Shown: positions 47,386 through 56,957 of the stretch, one piece after another
Layout of the letters: every line of letters starts with the position of its first letter
Numbering within the stretch: the first letter of the stretch is position 1
Source of the DNA: Planctomycetota bacterium
GTDB lineage: Bacteria > Planctomycetota > B15-G4 > JADJEK01
Direction of reading: 5' to 3'
NCBI GenBank assembly: GCA_044225365.1
Contig: JBGAIQ010000012.1
Location: forward strand, 32,001-96,000
Length of the DNA stretch: 64,000 bases
Made by a program: the position numbers and the translations under genes
The notes under the pieces: model-generated
What the model was told of the DNA's origin: nothing
Seen by the model: the letters and a program-made list of their open reading frames with translations, nothing else
The model's database searches: none

Positions 47386-50355
47386 CTAGAGTGATTGTAG
47401 GTGAATCATGTCACGGTCAAGGACGAAGGGACGCGACAGGACGAACACCTGGTCCTTCGTGAACTTGTCCGACTTCTTGAACTGAACGTACATCGACGTG
47501 TCGCCATAGGTCAGGTGCGCATGGACGCGAACGTCCTCGGCGCCCTGCTTCTGCAGCAGTTCCTCGAGGCGATGGCAGACGGCCCAGGCGTCGACACGGA
47601 CTTCCATCTGGAGGCGCGGCTTCGCCGGTTCGAGTCGCGCGAGGAGTCGGTTGTACTCCTCTTCGCTGAACACGGGACCCGTGAGCCGGATCTTCGTGAG
47701 GTGTGGGACGAGCTCGACCTTCAAGCATCCGTTCGGAACGTTGATCTCGAGGAACGCCTTGAACTGCTCCGCCGTGAGGCCGAGCAGCGTTCCACGGTCG
47801 ATCAGGTCGAGGCCGGGATCACCCGTCATCATTCGCGCTGCGGCCATCGCGAGCTTGCCGGAGTCGCCGCCCGCGCTCTCGATCGCCGACAGCGTCGCGA
47901 GTTCGCGATGGATGTCGGGCAGTCGCAGCTTGGCGTCGGCGTTGCCGATCGCGGCGAGCTCGATCGTCTGCTGCAGCTCGGCGAGCAGCTCCTTGCGACG
48001 CTTCGGGATCGCGCCGGAGGATTGGTCGGCCTTCTCCAGTGCGTTGAGATCGACCGAGATCGCGCGCATTCGCGTGTACGCGGTGTTGTCGCCGCCCATC
48101 GCGCGTTGGATGACCTCACCCAGTTCGCGGATCAGGTCCTCGCGTTTCTGGAACATCGAAACGAGCGGCTTGCCCGTGCGCTTCGCGTCCTCCGCTTCGG
48201 CGATCTGGTTCATCTCGGCGCGAATCTCGCGCAGGCGTTGGATCGCCGCGGGATCTCCCGCAGCCGCACGATCGGCGAGCGCGGCCATCTCGCGGACGAG
48301 AGCCGAGCGCCGGTCGTTGCCGCCGCCCGCCTTCATGTCCTCGGCCTCGAGCGAGGCGAGCTCGGTCTGAACTTCCTTCAACCGCTTGATCGCGTCGGGA
48401 TCGCCCTTCGCGGCCTTGTCGAGGAGGTCGTTCATCTCGTTGAGGAGCGCCGCACGCTTCGCTTCGCGGGCTGCGATCGCGTTCGGATCGCCCTGCCCCG
48501 AACCGCCGCCCTTCTCGACGCTCTTGTTGGCGAGCTTGCGCAGCTCCTCGTTGATCTCCTTCACGCGCTTCGCGGCGTTCTTGTCGCCCTGCGCCGCGAG
48601 CTTCATCTGCTCGTCGAGCTCCTGCTGGAGAGCGACGCGCTTCGCCGCGTCGGCGTCGCCCGTCATCGGCTCGAGCTGAGCGAGCTCTTTTCGGATCTGC
48701 TCGAGGCGCTTGATCGCGGCCTGGTCGCCGTTCGCCGCCTTCTCGACGAGCGCGTCCATCTCGGAGAGCAGCTTCTCGCGCTTGTCGGCGATGCGCTGCT
48801 CGGAGAGGGCCGCGACGACGATCGTCACCGCGCGTTCGGGATCGTCACCCGTTTGCTCGGTGTAGTCGACCGTCTTGTAGCGCGGGTGCTCCATCTGGAT
48901 GCGGAACTGGCCGTGAGCGATCTGCACCTGGCCGTTGCCGTTCTGATCGAGCGGCACCGGGATGGCGTCGTTCGGTTTGCCGTTCTCACGGATCGTCACG
49001 TCCCACGCCGGCACGGGCGGCACGGTCGAGAACTTGACGAGCACCGTCTTCGGCGCCGCGCGCGAGATGTTGAACAGCTTGTCGGCGAGCACCGTCGTGC
49101 CCTCGACGACGACGACCTTCGCGGGGGCATCGCCCACCGCGCCCACCGGGATCGTGCCGGTGAACTGCCCGGAGTCGTCGACCTGCAGCGGATCGCCGTT
49201 CTCGGAGTTGCCTTTGTGCTTCACCTTCAGAACGGCGTGTTCCGGTTTGTCCTTCACGGTGCCGCGGATCACCACCTCGGGGCGATCCGTCGTGAAGGTT
49301 TCCTTCTCGACCGTGACCACGGGTTTTACCGAGACCGACCGCCACCAGATGAAACCGAGCGTTCCGACCGCGGCGATCACCCACAGCAGGATCGAGAGGA
49401 GGACGAGCACGTTCGCCTTCGCGGGCGGCGCATCCATCTCCTCGAGTTCGCCGGGCGTGCGCCCGCTTCCGCGCATCACGAACCCGCCGATCGCGCCGAG
49501 TCCTTCCTCGGCCGAAGCGAGGCGTTCGCGCAGCGGCTTCGCGAGCATCTTCGCAATGAGGTTCGAGAGGTCCTCGGGGAAGTCCGCGATGACGTCCTTG
49601 ATCTTCGGCAGCGTCATCTGCGCCGAGGCATGCCAGTACATCCACTTCGGCTTCTCGTCCATCGACGTCGTTTCCGCGGCCGCCTTGGTCGCGTACGGGT
49701 CGTAGATCGACGGGAACTGCTTGCGGTAGAGGGTGCGCCCGAGCGCGTACTCGTAGGCCGCCATGCCCAGCGAGTAGAGGTCCATCTTCGGCGACTCTTG
49801 GCCGAGCGACGAATCGAGCAGCTCGGGGGCCGCGTACTGGACCGTCGAGAAATTCATCGTGTCTTCGACGCCCTGGCGCTTCGCGAGACCGAAGTCCGTG
49901 ATCTGCCAGTGACCGTGACGCGACCGCACGATGTTGTTCGGCTTGATGTCGCGATGCAGGATCTGCGGATCGGCGTGATGCACCACGGACAACGCTTTCA
50001 GCGTGTCGTGCAGCATCTCGCGCACGTCCTCGGGGCTCGCCGGCTGATCGGAGATCCAGTGCTTCAGGTTCTTGCCCGAGAGCTCCATCCCGATCCACGG
50101 ACCGACTTCGTCGTCGATGCCGAAGCCGAAGACCTCGACGATGTACGGGCTCGACCCGACGGCGAGCAGGAGTTCGACCTCCTTGCGCAGGACGTCGAGC
50201 TGCTCTTCGGAATCGGCCTTCCAGTTCTGCAGGATCTTCACGGCGGCGGGACGCGTGATCCCGTGGCCCATGTGCTGGATGGCCTTCCAGACGACGGTGT
50301 ATCCGCCCGGATCGATCTGTTCGGTCAGTTCGAAGTCACCGAGTCGTGTCTTCAT
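47386..50355 (-). CDS. Membrane-anchored Hanks-type Ser/Thr protein kinase with large ectodomain
   Basis: AAVKIL, HRDIKPNN, DFGLAK, YAAPE, DLYSLG; one TM helix; beta-rich domains, six helical repeats and C-terminal alpha/beta domains. Confidence 0.95.
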   Translation of the reverse strand: MKTRLGDFELTEQIDPGGYTVVWKAIQHMGHGITRPAAVKILQNWKADSEEQLDVLRKEVELLLAVGSSPYIVEVFGFGIDDEVGPWIGMELSGKNLKHWISDQPASPEDVREMLHDTLKALSVVHHADPQILHRDIKPNNIVRSRHGHWQITDFGLAKRQGVEDTMNFSTVQYAAPELLDSSLGQESPKMDLYSLGMAAYEYALGRTLYRKQFPSIYDPYATKAAAETTSMDEKPKWMYWHASAQMTLPKIKDVIADFPEDLSNLIAKMLAKPLRERLASAEEGLGAIGGFVMRGSGRTPGELEEMDAPPAKANVLVLLSILLWVIAAVGTLGFIWWRSVSVKPVVTVEKETFTTDRPEVVIRGTVKDKPEHAVLKVKHKGNSENGDPLQVDDSGQFTGTIPVGAVGDAPAKVVVVEGTTVLADKLFNISRAAPKTVLVKFSTVPPVPAWDVTIRENGKPNDAIPVPLDQNGNGQVQIAHGQFRIQMEHPRYKTVDYTEQTGDDPERAVTIVVAALSEQRIADKREKLLSEMDALVEKAANGDQAAIKRLEQIRKELAQLEPMTGDADAAKRVALQQELDEQMKLAAQGDKNAAKRVKEINEELRKLANKSVEKGGGSGQGDPNAIAAREAKRAALLNEMNDLLDKAAKGDPDAIKRLKEVQTELASLEAEDMKAGGGNDRRSALVREMAALADRAAAGDPAAIQRLREIRAEMNQIAEAEDAKRTGKPLVSMFQKREDLIRELGEVIQRAMGGDNTAYTRMRAISVDLNALEKADQSSGAIPKRRKELLAELQQTIELAAIGNADAKLRLPDIHRELATLSAIESAGGDSGKLAMAAARMMTGDPGLDLIDRGTLLGLTAEQFKAFLEINVPNGCLKVELVPHLTKIRLTGPVFSEEEYNRLLARLEPAKPRLQMEVRVDAWAVCHRLEELLQKQGAEDVRVHAHLTYGDTSMYVQFKKSDKFTKDQVFVLSRPFVLDRDMIHLQSL

Positions 50356-50358
50356 CGC

Positions 50359-51174
50359 CTATTCCTTCACCTGTTTCGAAGTCTCTGCCAATCGCTTCCG
50401 AACGAACCAGACGAGCGCGTCCGCGATGGTCTCGTCGGCGTTCGCGTCGACTTGCGCCGACGCTGCGGACTGATCCCAGCCCATCACCACGCCGAGAGTT
50501 CGTCGCGGGTCGCTTCCCGTTGCTTCGGGGAATCGATCCGTACTGAGGCCGCGTCCCGTGGGCGCACGCAGTCCGCAAAGTGCGGCCTGCAGTTGCGACC
50601 AACGGGTCGTCGCCATCTTGTAGTTGCCGGCCTGCTCGAAGCGCCACGCATCGTTGTAGAGCGTGACCGCTTCTGGGGGCAGGCGATTCTCGTTGACCCA
50701 CTTCTCCATGCGATCCCCGATCCGCATGTAGGCCTGACGCCAGTGGACCGCGGTCATCGGCACCGGCTGAGCCTGCTTGTCGCCGGAGAGGAGCATCGCT
50801 CCGCCGATCCCGAGGATCAGCAAGATGACGATGAGCAGGAGGAGGAGTGAGGTGCGCGACAGTCCGCCCGGCCCGGCCGCGGCGTGGCTCTCGACGACGA
50901 GCTTCATCTTCGGCGAGATCTGGATCTCTTCGCCGCTCGCGACGCGAGTCTCTTCCGTGATGCGCTTGCCGCGGACCTTGGTTCCCGCTGCCGCGAGGTT
51001 GACGACGACGAGCCGCGTGCCGGTATCGCGCACGACGAGGTGTTCCCACGCGATCGATTCGTCGCGCAGTTGCACGCGCGCCGTGGGCGCTCGGCCGATC
51101 ACCACATCGCCGTTCTCGACGCGATGGCTGGTTCCGTCATCCGCTCCGCCAATGACTTTGAGGTAGAAGACCAT
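50359..51174 (-). CDS. FHA-domain single-pass membrane protein
   Basis: ATG 51174; VIGRAPTARVQLRDESIAWEH FHA pattern; TM LLLLLIVILLILGIGG; helical extracytoplasmic domain. Confidence 0.88.
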   Translation of the reverse strand: MVFYLKVIGGADDGTSHRVENGDVVIGRAPTARVQLRDESIAWEHLVVRDTGTRLVVVNLAAAGTKVRGKRITEETRVASGEEIQISPKMKLVVESHAAAGPGGLSRTSLLLLLIVILLILGIGGAMLLSGDKQAQPVPMTAVHWRQAYMRIGDRMEKWVNENRLPPEAVTLYNDAWRFEQAGNYKMATTRWSQLQAALCGLRAPTGRGLSTDRFPEATGSDPRRTLGVVMGWDQSAASAQVDANADETIADALVWFVRKRLAETSKQVKE

Positions 51175-51191
51175 GTCTCTTTCCGTCGGCC

Positions 51192-52130
51192 TCAGCCGAT
51201 GTTCAGACCTTCGTACCAGTACCGAACGATGAACGGCGCGAACAGGAGTTCGAGCGTCGCCGCGAAGACGAGCATGCCCGGCACGAGCACCATGACCTTT
51301 GCCTTGCCCGCGGTCTCCGTCGCTTCCTGGACTCGACGGACCCGCACCGCATCGGACAGTCGCTCGAGCGTCTCCGCGATCGGCCGTCCGAGTTCCTCGG
51401 ACTGGATCACGTCGTCGGTGAACTGCCGCACGACCGGCAACGGCGCGCGCTTCGCGAGATTCTCGTAGGCCTGCCGCAATGTCACGCCCATCTCGAGATC
51501 CGTGAGGATCGCCCGGAACTCGGTGCCCACCGCTTGGCCCTGGAAGTCGCTGCCGACCCGATCGATCGCGATCGGCATCGAGGCACCCGCGCGCATCGTG
51601 AGGGTCAAGAGGTCGAGAACGTAGGGCATCGTTCGGGATATCGACTTCGCGCGCTCGACGCCCGCAGTCGAAAGTTGCGCCGAAACGAGGCTCGGACCCG
51701 CGAGCAGGAAGACGAGGGCGAACGGCGCCGCGAGCGGCTTCAGCATCAAGAGGATCAGCAGGAACGGAACGGTCAGCACGAGGCCGACGAGGAACGAGAG
51801 CGCGAGCACCTCTTCGTCGTCGAGGCCACCCGGCCATCCCGCCTCGGCATAACGAGAACGCAGCGACTCGCGGAACGAGTCGACGGGGAGCCTTCGCGTA
51901 ATGACGGTGAAGGCCGGCAGGATCGCGAGGACCGACTTCGAAAGGCTCGACTGCGCCGTGAGGCTCTCGCGGCGCAGTCGGCGCTGCGCGTCGCCGATGA
52001 CGGCGGCGACCGGAACGGACGACAGCTTGAGGCGTCGGACGAGCAGATAGACGACGATCGCGACGGAGATCCCGAGGAGGATGGCGCAGAGGAACGGTAG
52101 CAGTGCGAACAGGCGGTCAGACGTCGGCAT
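51192..52130 (-). CDS. tadC: TadC (T2SSF domain) platform protein
   Basis: MPYVLDLLTLTMRAG, QSEELGRPIAETL, KAKVMVLVP. Confidence 0.92.
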   Translation of the reverse strand: MPTSDRLFALLPFLCAILLGISVAIVVYLLVRRLKLSSVPVAAVIGDAQRRLRRESLTAQSSLSKSVLAILPAFTVITRRLPVDSFRESLRSRYAEAGWPGGLDDEEVLALSFLVGLVLTVPFLLILLMLKPLAAPFALVFLLAGPSLVSAQLSTAGVERAKSISRTMPYVLDLLTLTMRAGASMPIAIDRVGSDFQGQAVGTEFRAILTDLEMGVTLRQAYENLAKRAPLPVVRQFTDDVIQSEELGRPIAETLERLSDAVRVRRVQEATETAGKAKVMVLVPGMLVFAATLELLFAPFIVRYWYEGLNIG

Positions 52131-52959
52131 TGACGATCCTCCAGGCCCAGAACGTACCGGCGGCGGTGAGCAGCACCGCGATGAGGAGCAGCGCCTGCCC
52201 GAAGGGCCGCGTGAACAGCCAGCCGACGGCCTGCATGTCGATCACCGTCGTGAAACCGAGCATGATGAACGGAGCGAACGCGAGCACCTTGATGTTCATG
52301 CGACCTTCCGAGGTCGCGACGAACACTTCCTTGCGCATGCGATCGACCGATTCGAGAGAGTGCGCGAGACGCTCGAGCGTCTTCACGACGTTGCCGCCCA
52401 TGCGCTGGTTGATGACGAGCGCGGACGCGAAGAGCGTGAAGTCCTGCAGCGCGAGCCGGCGCTTCGCTTCCTCGATCGTCGAGGCGAAGTCGGCGCCCAT
52501 GTTCCAGTAGTTCGCGATGATGCGAAACTCGGTGCGCAGCGGTTCTTCACCGCGCTCGGCGACGCGTTCGATCGCCTGCACCAGCGACATGCCGGACGCG
52601 ACGCCCGAGCTGAGCTGGAGCACGGCCTTCGGCAACTGATCGTTCAGGAGCTTGCGCCGCTTCTGCCACGCGCGGTCGAGCAGGATCTTCGGCATGATCA
52701 CGCCGACGAACCAGAACGCGAGCAGGATCATCGGCACGGGCAGGAACAGGACGATCACGATCGGTGTGACGAGGGTGAAGATCCAGAAGATCGTCACGCT
52801 CCTGCGACCGTCGTAGGGCTCAGGCGACAAGCGCCAGTGCATGTGCTCGAGATGGGCGACGTCGCGCCGGAACTTCGCGAGGATCTGCCAACGCATCGAG
52901 ATGATCAGCAGCGTGATCGACAGACCGATCATCGCCGCGATCGCGAGACTCATCATCAT
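52117..52959 (-). CDS. tadB: TadB (T2SSF domain) platform protein
   Basis: QLPKAVLQLSSGVASGMSLVQA, EPLRTEF, INQRMGGN, TSEGRM. Confidence 0.92.
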   Translation of the reverse strand: MMMSLAIAAMIGLSITLLIISMRWQILAKFRRDVAHLEHMHWRLSPEPYDGRRSVTIFWIFTLVTPIVIVLFLPVPMILLAFWFVGVIMPKILLDRAWQKRRKLLNDQLPKAVLQLSSGVASGMSLVQAIERVAERGEEPLRTEFRIIANYWNMGADFASTIEEAKRRLALQDFTLFASALVINQRMGGNVVKTLERLAHSLESVDRMRKEVFVATSEGRMNIKVLAFAPFIMLGFTTVIDMQAVGWLFTRPFGQALLLIAVLLTAAGTFWAWRIVNADV

Positions 52960-54845
52960 GCGCTCGCCCTCCCGAACCAACGATCGAGATCGATGAGCCG
53001 CCGCTCGACGAGGTCGGCCATGAACGACGGCATGTAACCCGTGAGTTCGAGTCGCGGATTCTTGTTGCCGCCGGTCTGGCGCATGATGTCGCGCACCTCG
53101 ACCTCGCCGGTGTGCGGATGGATCCCGATCACTTCGGTGATCTGCGTGATGAGGCGCTTGCCGCTCTTCAGGCGGCGGATGAACACGATCATCTCGACGG
53201 CTTGCGAAACCTGACGGCGGATCGCGGCGATCGGCATCTCGACGGCCATGAGGCACATCGTTTCGATACGGGCGATCGCGTCGTTCGCGGAGTTCGAGTG
53301 GATCGTGGTCATCGACCCGTCGTGGCCCGTGTTCATCGCCTGCAGCATGTCGAACGCTTCTTCACCACGACACTCACCGACGATCACGCGATCGGGGCGC
53401 ATGCGCAGGGCGTTCTTCACGAGGTCGCGGATCGTGTACGAGCCGGTGCCTTCGACGTTCGACGGCCGCGTCTCGAGCGACACGACGTGTTCCTGCTGCA
53501 GCTGGAGCTCGGCGGCGTCCTCGATCGTCACGATGCGCTCGTCCGACGGGATGAACGCGGAGAGCACGTTGAGGAGCGTCGTCTTGCCGGAGCCGGTGCC
53601 GCCCGCGACCACGATGTTCTTGCGCGAGACCACGGCCGCTTCGAGCAGCGCATAGGCCGAATCCGTCATCGTGCCCCATTCGACGAGATTGCGAGCGTTG
53701 GGCCGCCGCGTGGGGAAACGCCGGATCGTGAGGCAAGGCCCCTTGAGCGCGAGGGGCGGGATGACGGCGTTGACGCGCGAGCCGTCCTTGAGGCGGGCGT
53801 CGACGAGCGGCGTCGAACGATCGATGCGACGGCCGAGCGGCGCGACGATGCGTTCGATGACGGCGACCAGTGCTTCGTCGCCGAGGAAAGTGCGGTTCGA
53901 GCGCAGCACCTTGCCGGCGCGCTCGACGTACACCTGCGTCGGGCTCACGATCATGATTTCCGTGATCGACGGCGTATCGAGCAGGTCCTGCAGCGGACCG
54001 AGCCCGAACACCATGTCGCAGATGACCTTCTTCAGGAACCGCGCGACGAGATAGAACTGGACGTTCTCGGGCGTTTCGTCGATCACGCCCGTCACGTTCT
54101 CGCGCAGACCGGTGTTGATCTTCTCGAAGTCCTCGCCGAACGAGTCCTTCGTGCCGAGCAGCTTCATGCGCTTCATGAGGCGACGCGTGAACTCGTCCGC
54201 GGCTTCCTCGAGCGCGATGTTGACTCCGGGGACGTTGATGCGACCGACGTCGAGCGTCGACGCCGCAGCCTGCTTCGAGAGCGCCGTGAGCAGGCGGTTC
54301 TCGTACACCATCGTGAGCATGCGCTTGCGCGTGAGCGGCGAGCCGAACAGCCGCTGCTGATACTCGCCGTGCATCAACTCATCGATGAAGTTGTTGATCT
54401 GCTGGAGCGACTCCTCGCTCGCTTCGAGATTCTCCTTACCCGCCCGCCGCAGGTCGAGCTTGCGGAGGACTTCGGTGTGGAGTTCGCGCTGCAGCGCGTT
54501 CAGGTCCTCGATCGCCGCGTCCGCTTCGGACGTGTCGGGTTTGTCGTCCTCCTGGAGGAGGTTGATCACGAACTCGGCGAGACGAACCTGGCTGATCGGC
54601 TTCAGCAGCGCCGACTTGCCGGGCGCGAGCTTCACGCCGTCGACGACGGCGGTCGTCGCCGCCGGATGCACGAGCAGTTCCCAGCCCTGCTCGGTGCGAT
54701 CGACCTGGATGTGGACCCGCGAGACGAAGCGCGAGGTCGTGAGCGGGATCGCGCACTCCTCGCTGCGTCCGATCGTGAATCCGGCCACGCCTTCGTAGCC
54801 GACCCACTGCTTGTTCTTGAGCGTGTCCTGGATGACGACGCGCAT
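52956..54845 (-). CDS. tadA: FHA-domain-fused CpaF/TadA ATPase
   Basis: N-terminal FHA (TIGRSEEC...VSRVH); [57 protein letters not shown]. Confidence 0.95.
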   Translation of the reverse strand: MRVVIQDTLKNKQWVGYEGVAGFTIGRSEECAIPLTTSRFVSRVHIQVDRTEQGWELLVHPAATTAVVDGVKLAPGKSALLKPISQVRLAEFVINLLQEDDKPDTSEADAAIEDLNALQRELHTEVLRKLDLRRAGKENLEASEESLQQINNFIDELMHGEYQQRLFGSPLTRKRMLTMVYENRLLTALSKQAAASTLDVGRINVPGVNIALEEAADEFTRRLMKRMKLLGTKDSFGEDFEKINTGLRENVTGVIDETPENVQFYLVARFLKKVICDMVFGLGPLQDLLDTPSITEIMIVSPTQVYVERAGKVLRSNRTFLGDEALVAVIERIVAPLGRRIDRSTPLVDARLKDGSRVNAVIPPLALKGPCLTIRRFPTRRPNARNLVEWGTMTDSAYALLEAAVVSRKNIVVAGGTGSGKTTLLNVLSAFIPSDERIVTIEDAAELQLQQEHVVSLETRPSNVEGTGSYTIRDLVKNALRMRPDRVIVGECRGEEAFDMLQAMNTGHDGSMTTIHSNSANDAIARIETMCLMAVEMPIAAIRRQVSQAVEMIVFIRRLKSGKRLITQITEVIGIHPHTGEVEVRDIMRQTGGNKNPRLELTGYMPSFMADLVERRLIDLDRWFGRASA

Positions 54846-54851
54846 CTTGGC

Positions 54852-55694
54852 TCAGCCCCCCTGCGTGCCGCTCGCCGCGGGCGCGGGGGAGTTCGGCGCC
54901 GGAACGCGAGAGTTGGGCCGCAGGAGCAGGGTGATGTTGTTGGCGCTCGCCGACATCGCCTGGATCATCTCGACGGCCTGTTCGGGCGTGAGTTCGAGCG
55001 TGATCACGGAGCCATTCGATCCGCCGCCTTCACCGCCGGTGAACAGGAACTGCTGACGGCTGCCGCCGAGGCTCGAACCGATGCCGACGATGCGGATGTT
55101 CGAGAGGATCTCGGTCGACTTGAACTCGTCGGGGTAGGCCGTCTTGTCGGCGAGCTTCGAGAAGATCGCGCCGATCGCGGCCGAGGGGTTGTTCGGATCG
55201 ATCGTCGGATTGGCGCCGACGGCCTTGTTCTCGCGCGGCAGGTGATAGGTGGCGATCACGTCGACGCGATCGCCCGGCAACAGCAATCCACCCATGAGGT
55301 TCTCGTTGCTGACGCGCACGCCGAGAGCGCGCGTACCGGGCGCGAGGTTCGTGTCCTGGATCGGCTTCAGGTGGGCGTACTGGAGCGGCGTGCCCGCCGG
55401 GATCGGCATTCCGATCCGCTGGCCGCGCAGCGACTCCTTCTCGTCGGCCTTGTACAGCGTCTTCACGAACGGAGCGAGCGTGGAGCCCGCGGGGACCTGC
55501 ATCGCCTGGAGGTCGCGATCGGGATCGATCGTGTGGTTCGCCTCGAGGTCGTTCACGACGCGGAGGACGTTCTCCTTCGGTTCGGGAGGCAGGCCGGTGT
55601 TCGATGTCGCTCCCTGGATGTAGGTGAACGCGAGTCCGGTGGCGAAGACGCCGGCGACGACTGCGATCAGCAGGAGCAACTTGTTGTTTTCCAT
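54852..55694 (-). CDS. cpaB: Flp pilus assembly protein CpaB/RcpC
   Basis: N-terminal TM, SAF-like region, PGTRALGV, LLPGDRVDVI, ITLELTPEQA, ITLLLR. Confidence 0.93.
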   Translation of the reverse strand: MENNKLLLLIAVVAGVFATGLAFTYIQGATSNTGLPPEPKENVLRVVNDLEANHTIDPDRDLQAMQVPAGSTLAPFVKTLYKADEKESLRGQRIGMPIPAGTPLQYAHLKPIQDTNLAPGTRALGVRVSNENLMGGLLLPGDRVDVIATYHLPRENKAVGANPTIDPNNPSAAIGAIFSKLADKTAYPDEFKSTEILSNIRIVGIGSSLGGSRQQFLFTGGEGGGSNGSVITLELTPEQAVEMIQAMSASANNITLLLRPNSRVPAPNSPAPAASGTQGG

Positions 55695-55943
55695 TTCGAC
55701 CCGATCTCCGTCTTGCGAACACTCTCTTGGGGCGGATGCGATTCCAAACGGATTCTGACGCGCGGCTCGACCATGCCGTCGTGTCGGCCGTGGACCCAGC
55801 GGTTCACGGACCGCCGAAGGCCCGCGCTCGAAACGAGAATCCGATGGGCCGCCCGCCGCGCCGAGTCATGCAGTGGGAGCGCGCGGGGGAACCCGCAACC
55901 GTTGAATCCGAAGTCGCGGCTCATTCTCTCGGGGGAAAGTCAT

Positions 55944-56759
55944 TTATTGCAGCGACTTCCCGAGAACTTCGCGCTTCATTTCGACCCCGACCGGGCAGTG
56001 GTCTGATCCTTGGATGTGGGGGTCGATCCAAGCGCGCTGGAGAAAGGGCGCGGCGCCGGGCGATGCGAGGACGTAGTCGATCCGCCATCCGATGTTCTTC
56101 TCGCGGACGCCGAAGCGTTGGCTCCACCAGGTGTAGTGCCCCGGTCCCGTCTCGTAGTGGCGAAAGGTGTCGATCCAACCGGCGTCGAGCCAGCGATCCA
56201 ATTCCTGGCACTCCTCGGGGCAGAAGCCGCTCGTCTTGCGATTCTCCTTCGGTCTTGCGAGGTCGATCTCGCGGTGCGCGGTGTTGAAGTCTCCCATGAC
56301 GATGAGCGGACGGCCGCGCCGGAAATCGGTCTCCAGGCGCTCGAAGACCCGGCGGTAGAAGGCGAGCTTGTACGGGATGCGGCTGTTGTCGCGATCCTTC
56401 CCCGAACCGTTCGGGAAGTAGGCGTTCACCACGCCAAAGTCTCCGAATTGGACGAGCTGGTAGCGGCCCTCGACATCGAAGTCGGGGTGGTCGAGCGAGG
56501 TCTCGATGGCGTCGGGCTTCAGTTTCGAGAAGAGCGCGACCCCGCTGTACCCCTTCCGCTGCGCACTCACGAAGTGGGAGTGGTATCCGGGCGGCTTCTT
56601 GTGGCGGTCGGGGAGGTCGTCCTCGGTCGTCCTCGACTCCTGGATCCCGAGGACGTGCGCGCGGGAGTCCCGCAGGTAGTCGAAGAAGCCCTTGCCGGCG
56701 CAGGAGCGCAGTCCGTTGACGTTCCAACTCACGATCTTGATGTGCTTCGACGGCGCCAT
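55944..56759 (-). CDS. xth: Exodeoxyribonuclease III
   Basis: SWNVNGLR, IQE, GYSGVA, AYFPNG, GDFNTAH, YTWWS, GWRIDY, GSDHCP. Confidence 0.97.
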   Translation of the reverse strand: MAPSKHIKIVSWNVNGLRSCAGKGFFDYLRDSRAHVLGIQESRTTEDDLPDRHKKPPGYHSHFVSAQRKGYSGVALFSKLKPDAIETSLDHPDFDVEGRYQLVQFGDFGVVNAYFPNGSGKDRDNSRIPYKLAFYRRVFERLETDFRRGRPLIVMGDFNTAHREIDLARPKENRKTSGFCPEECQELDRWLDAGWIDTFRHYETGPGHYTWWSQRFGVREKNIGWRIDYVLASPGAAPFLQRAWIDPHIQGSDHCPVGVEMKREVLGKSLQ

Positions 56760-56957
56760 AAGGGAATCATAGGGTTGTCGCGGCGGACGGCGGCTTGCCC
56801 TTCTTCGGGTTTTCCTGAATGCACGCTGGTACGACCTGGGTTCGAATTGCTGCGCCGGCGGGGATGACGTCGACACCGCCGGGTACCCCAACCCGTGCGA
56901 ACTCGGCGGGCGACGCGTTTATCCAATTTCAATCGACTTGGTTCTGGCCGGGATTGC

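Noticed and set aside
47401-50850. 1149-aa plus-strand ORF, and similar long antisense ORFs (53112..56006, 38405..40132, 4206..5579, 24951..26573, 59941..61380)
   Set aside because: Shadow ORFs opposite clearly identifiable genes. They are expected in high-GC DNA, are Arg-rich and have no motifs.
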